Assembly: GCA_964016885.1 (NCBI GenBank) | Contig: OZ024743.1 | Location: 108,810,001-108,874,000, forward strand | Reading direction: 5' to 3' | DNA from: Eledone cirrhosa | Taxonomy: Eukaryota | DNA: 64,000 bases | Shown here: piece by piece, positions 55,901 to 64,000 of the stretch | How the letters are laid out: each line of letters opens with the position of its first letter | Numbering within the stretch: the stretch's first letter is position 1 | The notes under the pieces: generated by a model | Told to the model about the DNA's origin: nothing | The model's database searches: none | What the model saw: only the letters and a program-made list of their open reading frames with translations | Translations under genes and position numbers: made by a program

Positions 55901-58900
55901 GCAGAGTTTGAAAAATCCAGTTAAAGTTGTCTCCCTTGGGGGTCTGTGTCAATTCGGCAGCATTTTTGTTGGTATAGTACATCCGTTGACCGTGTTCTAG
56001 GTGTACATCTAATTTTACAATTGAAGGGTGCCTATCAGGTATTGGAAAACTGAAGATTCGCCAAAAGGCCTCGCTACTACTTATGTAGCGCCCTACTTGG
56101 AATTGCGTTACTTCGCCTCTATTGTTTTCGTTGAGTATACCGAATGAAGCAGCGTCAGAACCCTTATTAACATACTTACATATGTATTTGATGCACATGA
56201 CCGAGCTGCAGAATTCAACATTAAGGTGTGCGTTGTAAGTACTGTGCAGGAGTGGGCAATAGGGAATGATACATCGGTTGTCAACCTCGCCCTTCTTAAC
56301 CCTTGCCGTAAAACCTCCCTCTTTGCGTCGCCTACGTCTATATAATGGGTAGCCATCATTATCAGTCTGAGTATCGCGAATAAATTGACGGGGAAATGTG
56401 TTCGTGCATCTTCTATTGCCTGTAACGCATGGTAAATCAGTTCTAAAGCCAGGCCCACATGGACCATGCACCATATGTGGCCTAACTTTCATGTACAAGT
56501 CCTTGTCAGTGGAAGGATCGGGTAATTCTGCAGAGATGATCCTGTCAATGTCGTTAGGAATAACCTTTGCTGTCAGCCAAATAAGAATATAAGCATGGGG
56601 AGGCCCATTTTTGCCATTCGATTGTGTACATGTCACATTGAACTGGTCCGTAAACCTCACCTATTTTGATAAGATCCATAAGCTTAAGTAACTTAAGACG
56701 GAATACTCTAGCCGTGAGATCATGTCGGCTTGGGTCTTTCTGACCAGGAAGGAGTTCGGCTTCAATCTCCTTCCAATTGGGGTTACAAGTAAAAGTTATA
56801 AATAAGTCTGGACTGCCGTAATATCGTATAATGGTCATGGCGTCCTGAGTCCTTTCATGCATATATCGAGGGCTTCCCGCGAAGTGAGATGGCAGAATGC
56901 ATACTTTTCCAAGACTCAGGATCCGCATCATTGTTCATTCCATCACGAAGGTGTATGTAACTGTCACAACGCAACTTTTTTTGATTGAGTTTGATAAAAC
57001 ACAATCTCTCAGATTCCATTTTTGCACACATGTCAGTTGCAGACTCGTTGAAAAGGTCATTAGAGCGATGTAGGTGACTAAAACAGTCATCTCTGATCAT
57101 GAATCGGAATGCATAGAAGTCCTTGCATGAAACTGTTTTGGTAGAATGAACCACTGAATTGGTAGATTTACATTGTGGAATGTTAAAATGGGATCCGTCC
57201 TCTCCATATACAAAAATCATCGGGTATTGGAGTGTGTCGTATGATCTGTGTGCTTCCCTGATCCGTTGAAGTCCATGGTCGCGATGCTTGATAACAATGT
57301 CACATTTGTTGTGCTGATCTCCAGCGAGAAGTATTGTAACCTCATTGAAAAGGGTGAAATATAGCGGCCTGCATTATTCTCCAGATGGCCGCTTGTCAGC
57401 ATCAATGATGACATAGTAATTGTCCACAGGAGCGGTTTCTAACGCGTATTTGAAGCTCTGAACGTAGCTGTTATGAGTATGAAGCATGTCCTGAAGTTCA
57501 AAAAGGGGCTCCAGTCTAGTAACAGAAGCAATTGAGTATTTCCTTGTTGCTTGTGGACAGTCAATTGAGTTTTGAGTTTTTTTCTTTTGTGAAGGCAAAT
57601 GTATTTCGCCTTGTAGCTTGTTCAAGACAGTTGGGCATGAAGTAGACCTGAAGAAATTGGGGCTCTTTATTATCTACATGCTCAAGCGATCCAATAAGAT
57701 GATAAACCTGACCTTGAACTTTGAAAGTGGGCATAAATCCACCTTCATACTCATAACTCGATCCAAAAGATGTCATTTGGAAGGCACAATTGTAATGTCG
57801 AATATCTTGAAGGAAACCTCTTGATAGTGAATGGCTGCATGTAAGAAGAAGCCTCAATGGCTGTGGTGAATCCATAGGAGGGTGCAAGTTGACCTTACCA
57901 TTAAAGCAGCTGGTTGACCAGGCCACTCTTTGGCTTAGCAAAACTGGCAAATTTCAGACATTTCGCCGATTTGAATATGAGGGTGTGTAGCATAATTATT
58001 AACGGGGACACAATTGAAAGCCTTCAATGACCATTGTGATTTCGCAGCCCTCGAAATACCCCGCTTATTGGCTTTATACTGAACCCCCCCCCCCCCCCCC
58101 CCGTCAAATAGTTTGGATAGCTGCTGTCTCCGCTTGTCGCGCAGCTGCACTAGCTGCCGCGTCTCTGGTCTGACGTAGATCACGTTCAACATCATTCTCT
58201 GCAGCTCGCGCAGCTGCTTTTACCTTTGCATTTCTTGCAAGCCGAGTTTGACGTTTCTCGTTATTCACTGCAGCATGTGAGGATGCAGTTGAAGAAGCAT
58301 TTCTGCTGTGTCGAAGTAAACACTCGTCATCATTCTCAGTTGCATGTGAAGATACAATGGAAGCAGAATTTCTGGCCCGTCGACTCAAGCAATGATCATC
58401 GATAGACAGAGCTGTCGCATTCACTGACCACCCCGCAATTTGAGGCTGTCTAATGTTCGACGACGCCTTAGTCATCCTCCTTCTTTTCGTTATCTGAGAC
58501 CGCCTCAGTCCTAATAAGGGCATCTTCTTTTTAGGCATCAAGGTGGTGAGCACGATATGACAAAGGAATCTGACAAATATATCTTGAATATAAAACAATG
58601 CGAAAAAATAAGTTTTGCTAATCATTCAATTTTGCAAATCAATTCGTCAAATGAGAAATGCGCCCAAAATCCTAGAAAATGTCATAGATACATTATTTAC
58701 AAAGTCATCTTTACATGAACATGCAGGGTAACCAATAATGTTGGCACTGCCGTTCTTTAACTTTGTTATAATTCAGTGGTTCAAAGGAAATTTAAACTTT
58801 TTAGAGAAATCAAAATTGCATATAAGGCATAACATCTATATATCAATAAAATCGGTTATGGTAATCAGGAGTTACTTGAAGCCGAACATTAAAAACATGG

Positions 58901-60056
58901 CAGCTTAAAAAATTGCTCCATTTCTTTTTATGTAACTTTTTATCAGATTTTGAGTGCATTTCTTAACCGATTATAATTTTACTGAAAGAATGGATGGGAA
59001 ATAGTTACGGCTACGGTAAAAAATGTCTAAGTGTGAAAATCACTTGCATGGATACTGAGCTAAAGCTGATTAAAGAGCCAGTAAGGGCTTTTAGGTCACC
59101 ATGTATGTCGAGCCCCAATGCGCAAAAATGGGGCATGGTGTAAATAATCTGACTTCTTATTTGCATTGAAATTACTCAGATTGACTTGAATGTGCTATTT
59201 TAGTTTGAGCAAAACCTTTGTGCTGGCCAAGCGTCAATAGTAATTAACTGCATACCTACTTTTGCACACCCACCCCTGGTGTATACATGAATCCTAATAC
59301 AAACAATTCGTCCATATTTCCTTCAAAATAAAAGGAAATTAAAGTAAATTTAGCCTTATAAGATCGCAAAAAAATAATTTAAGTAGAAGACCTAACCGCC
59401 AACGCCATAGCAAAATGAAACAACAATTGAAAACAAAAAATAATCCAAACATTTAATAGAGAAGGTTTAGCCTAATAAGATCGCAAAATTAATTTAAGTA
59501 GAATGCCTAACCGCCAACGCCATAGCAAAATGAAACAACAATTGAAAACTGAAAATAATCCAAACGTTTAATAGGGAAGGTTTAACTTACCAAGTAATGA
59601 GGTCGCTGACTTTTTAACGCTTTGTAGCATACAAAAGTAGTACAGTTAAAATGAAGCTACTAAACAAATCGAACCAACAATTGAAATTCAATTTGAATGG
59701 CATCTACTTATAGCATCTACTTATTCTGACAAGAATCTAAATATCTAATCGTCTGGAAGTGGTGGGAATTTTTTATCGTCTGCGCATTCCATAAAAGGGA
59801 AATAACTCGTCTCTCATCTCTATGTATACATTTGAATTGAAAATTCAATACATTACAAGTTCGATTTTTACACATGGCGTGGGTCGATTTGAACAATTGT
59901 TTGACCGATGACTCCGCCGGACCTTCATCTTTAAGTGTAGCAATTCACCGAAATTTGAACGTACGGTTTAAGAGGAGATGTGTGCCGAAGGTTTTAGTAG
60001 CCAGACAGACAGACAGACAAACAGACTGACAGACACCTCAGTTTTATATATATAGA
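52915..60056 (-). mobile_element. Decayed autonomous-type Helitron
   Basis: 5' A|TC end at 60056, Rep/Hel ORF, partial 3' hairpin CCGAGCAACGG at ~52916-52927; ~117-bp tandem duplication at 59350-59585. Confidence 0.85.
53860..58540 (-). pseudogene. Helitron Rep (HUH) / PIF1 helicase, many frameshifts
   Basis: YNCAFQMTSFG, FKVQGQVYHLIG, GSPRYMHERTQDAM, DLFITFTCNPNW, IEWQK..PHAYILIW, IKYICKYVNKG, DAPGGTGKTF, ASSGIAATLLPGGRTAHS, VWDEC, LCNGTRL, FAMSINSSQ, FSHGQFY..CSRV. Confidence 0.93.
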
Positions 60057-60066
60057 TATATATATA

Positions 60067-60517
60067 CACTGTGCGGACGATAATTGTTCGCAAGATTACT
60101 GTCTAGGAAAAAAAATAAAACAGTAGTTTTATCTTTTAAGATATATTTATCAGTTTGTCTTCATGACTTATTCTTTCGATCTCACTCGATAAACCGGTCA
60201 TTGGCTTTGATGACGGCCTCAAGGCGGCCTAGGAACCGGCTACAGGGCTTCGTCACTGTTCCCCGACTTAGGCCCTAAAGGGACTTGTGATCCTGGCCTT
60301 CAGATCATCTTTCGTATTACAGCTAGATCTGTTGGTGTCTTGTTCCACTGCGCCCCACACAAAGAAGTCGAGGGGGTTGCAGTCAGCCGTGCTGGGAGGC
60401 CAGATGTCAGGAGATGTGTGGTCGACAAAGTTCTCTGAAAGCCAGGCTTGAGTCTTTCGGCTGGTATGGCAAGGCGCTGAGTCTTGCTGCTACACGTACG
60501 GCCTACCTGCAGCTACC
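60067..60517 (-). mobile_element. Tc1/mariner (maT/DD37D-like) 3' fragment
   Basis: Reverse translation gives QQDSAPCHTSRKTQAWLSENF...WPPSTADCNPLDFFVWGAVEQ; terminus ...CACAGTG|TA. Confidence 0.8.
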
Positions 60518-60902
60518 TGAAAATAATTAACTTAGGTATAATTAGCGCAGCTCATCGGAACTTCTAAAGGAATATAAATTAAAATATGGAAATAATGTTA
60601 TATGAATGTAATGTTCCATATATTTGTATTTCACTATGGTGTCTTGGGTATATCTATTGTCTGCCATAGTCGAACAGTATTCTTCTGTCGACTCTGCATA
60701 GGTAGATCCCACTCAATGCAGCCTCGACAGAAGAATACTGCTCGACTATGGCAGACAATAGATATACCCAGGACACCATAGAGAAATACAAATATATGGA
60801 GAATTACATTCATGTAACATTCTTTCCTTATTTTAATCTATATTCCTTTTGAAGTTCCGATGAGCTGTTCTAATTAGACCTAAGTTAGTTAATTATTTTC
60901 AA
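60518..60902. repeat. ~185-bp-arm palindrome with ~15-nt spacer
   Basis: 60518-60700 is the reverse complement of 60715-60902. Confidence 0.9.
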
Positions 60903-61285
60903 CTGAACCAGATCAATAATGATCTATAATCATTCGATCCAGAAATATTATATGGAGTAGCGAACCAATTGTAAACGGACATTATTATTATTAATATTAT
61001 TATTATTCTCTACATTCCTTACATCAAAATAAAATATGTTGACAATCTTTTAATAATGTCTTCCCTGTGAAATTTGTGGTATTGTTTTGCTTAACTAATG
61101 AATATTTCCAGCTCTGTGCATCTAACCTCTGCATGAACCCAGCCACCTAGCTGCCTTCCACTGCATATTTCACATTGAGCACATGCCTTTACGCTTTGGC
61201 TTCTAACTAATTTACCAATCTCTCTTCTCCTCTCCTATCTCCTCTCATATCTCCATCTCTCTCTTTAAGATTGGTTACTCTTGAA

Positions 61286-61362
<77 letters not shown>

Positions 61363-61373
61363 TATATTGTCTA

Positions 61374-62095
61374 GCTCTAGTTTGTTTAACTATCGAGCGC
61401 TTGTCAGTATCATATCTGATTTTTGCGTTTCGTTTAGCTTTTCTCCTACTCGCCGAAATGCGATTCTTGCTGAAACTATATTGTATTAATCTCTTGTGTC
61501 TTATAATTAACTTGTTAATAATTTTTATTGACAGGTTAATTGTATAAGTGTATTTTAAAAACCACCCGGTTGAGAGTTTATTCGATTTCTGCTATCTATG
61601 CAATTTTTTGCATGGTATACACATACTGAATTCCTTTGACAAAATCTGGGGTTCTTTCCCCCTTGTGAATTCCAGACGTGCTTTTACGAGCCTCTGTGGC
61701 ACTCACAAATTTGGTACAGAGCGAAATACCTGTTGTTAACCTGATATTCCTTTTTCGACCATTATATCTAAAGCTTATATTTTTAAGCAGACAGTATTTT
61801 GATTTAGGTGTCATAGAAACCCTGCATTTGGATTTTAACATCAATTCCAAGGGGCCTAGATCTGTGTTTTCTTTATCATTTATTTTATTTTGTTTTGACC
61901 TGTTTAGCTTGATTTGCTTTTTGGCTTAGGTGGTTAACGCTTTCTTGGCCACTATTTCAGTTTTGTATGGCCTCTTAACATATGGTTTATCTCTAGTTTT
62001 TTTAACTATCGACCGCTTGCCAGTATCATATCTGATTTTTGCGTTTCGTTTCGCCTTTCCTACCCGCCGAAATGCGATTCTCGCTGAAACTATAT
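61374..62095. repeat. Unclassified element with ~105-bp direct terminal repeats in (TA)n
   Basis: 61374-61482 is repeated at 61991-62095. Confidence 0.65.
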
Positions 62096-63508
62096 TTATA
62101 TATGTATATATATATATATGAATATATATTTAGTCATTGTCAATCCTCTCGAAAATGGATTTGAACTTAACTAATTTGCTGTGTGGTATCCTGAAGTAAC
62201 CAGACTGGATATTTTCAAAAATGCCCTTGACATACAGAAAAATAACATAGATTTTCTCGAGACCTATATTCAGTGCAGTCAAATCTACAACCAAGACAGG
62301 AAACAGAAGCCACCGTAATCAGGTGGTTTGCGTAATATTGACGAATGTTTAAATCTCCACTGTATTGCTTATAAACGTGCGATCAACACTAGACTGTCGC
62401 AATGCTTTTACATATCATAAATACGCTAATTTTATTAGTGTTTCCACAACAAATATATGTATATATGTATGTATTTACGTATGTGTATATGCTGTATGTA
62501 TGTATGTTCTTCTGGTTTTATAATTTCACAAATATTTTTCCAAAAGAGAGAGTCGGTTTCTAACATAGACGCAATACTCTCTCATTGGAATTTACACATC
62601 AACTAGGTAGATTATGTATGTATGCATGTGCAGATATGGACGTTATTGTATGTGTGGATGTATATGTTTTGAGTTATATGTGTGCATGTGTATATGCTTG
62701 GAATCTGTACATGTGTATATGCAGTTATTAGATGCAACATTCTTGGAATGTTTTACATATTTTTATTGTTTCATTAATGGGTTGTACTTGTAATTTCCTA
62801 ATGTATGTATGTATATATGTTTTTAACTTTGATTTTGAAGGTGGCTTTATAATTATTAATTTTCATTATTTTTTAGACTTGCTGTCTCGGCGGCCAAGTT
62901 AAAAGAATCGTAGAGGGTGGTGATCCTGGTTTGTAACTCGATTCTGGTCTGGAATATAGTTCCCGGTAAGTCATTTCAGTTCTTTTTCTATGGTATGTAA
63001 AATAAAAACTGAAAATGATTACATTTACCTCTTGAATGGAACCCAAGACCAGGATCTCCAGCGTCTCAAGTACCTACCGCTATGTCACTGAGTCAGCTAC
63101 GAAAAGCTTATGAAAATTCATACTTATAAACGTACTTTCAAAATGTTCAAAACAAAATGATGTGGTGCCGTTTATGTCTTTCTTAGAGTTGTTTCTTTTA
63201 CTTAGGGTCGACTTCTAACTCTTTTGGGTGTTCCATAAACTACATGCCCGTTTTGTTTCTCATCTCCATAGATCAGGAATGTCAAACAGGAATGTCAAAC
63301 ATGTGCACAGTTGGTTGTCGTGTGCGGCACTCAAACAATACATATGTGACCCATACGGCCCTTGGGGGATCCTCAGTTTGACATGCTTGTTCTACACTCT
63401 ACTTTCCCAAGTATTGAGTACTTAGCTGAACGATGGTCGGTCTTACTTGTCTAAACTGCTAACTCCAAACACGCACACATACACACACACATACATACAT
63501 ATATATAT

Positions 63509-63770
63509 AGGGCGGGTACAATTCCCGAGACTCATGGACGAGTTCTCTCAAGCGGTCTCTGTCCCTCATTATCGCTGCCATGTCCTGCGTCTCCAACAGA
63601 CCAGTGTCTGTTCTTAGGGCATCAACATACGTTCACCTTGGTCTTCCTTTTCCAGTGTGTCCATGTAGGGGCTCCCACAGGAGCACTGAGTGCAATGTCA
63701 ACTCTGGATGTCGGTGAGCACGGTAGCTAACCTGAGTCTCCTTTGTGTCACTTTTCAGTTGACTTTGACT
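63509..63770 (-). mobile_element. RTE LINE 3' fragment
   Basis: Matches 16975-17235 (HRHPELTLHSVLLWEPLHG). Confidence 0.85.
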
Positions 63771-64000
63771 CCATATCCTTTTATCATCGTAGTGGACTAT
63801 TGTATGCGCCTTGCACTGTAGAAACACCAGGACTCTGGCTTTACTGTAGCAACGGCTCAGAGCAGGAGAGTTAAGGCGAAAAAGATATCGGATGCTGAAT
63901 GTGCCCCGACTACATAGATTTGGTAACAAATACAGTGAAGGAGGCAGAATATTTGTTGCAGGAGGTTGATACTGCCTCGATGAGTGTGGGGCTGAGAATG

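Noticed and set aside
62878-62966. Possible exon with strong GTAAGT donor
   Set aside because: Stops in all three frames; no supporting evidence.
63035-63100. tRNA-like sequence on the minus strand
   Set aside because: No proper cloverleaf or intact B box; at most a decayed SINE head.

Overview
Eukaryotic, very AT-rich, microsatellite-dense DNA with no recognisable host gene. The SINE core and (TA)n landscape suggest an octopus/cephalopod, but that is inference. The window is a nest of transposons inserted mostly into (TA)n tracts: at least five families of Penelope-like retroelements (PLEs; RT plus C-terminal GIY-YIG), a decayed Rep/PIF1 Helitron with a tandem non-autonomous partner, two Tc1/mariner remnants, RTE LINE fragments and SINE fragments. 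Nearly all short ORFs in the track are microsatellite or antisense artefacts. The main unexplained pattern is structural. About eleven long head-to-head inverted repeats (foldbacks) occur, most with minimal type-I hammerhead ribozyme (HHR) motifs pointing outwards. These include entirely non-coding foldback elements and a mirror-image array of a ~441-bp HHR-bearing, retrozyme-like unit. Junctions repeatedly show one arm ending at the true 3' tail and the other at a fixed AT-rich site 35-85 nt upstream, suggesting two-ended target-primed reverse transcription. Coordinates were read by eye and may be off by a few nt.
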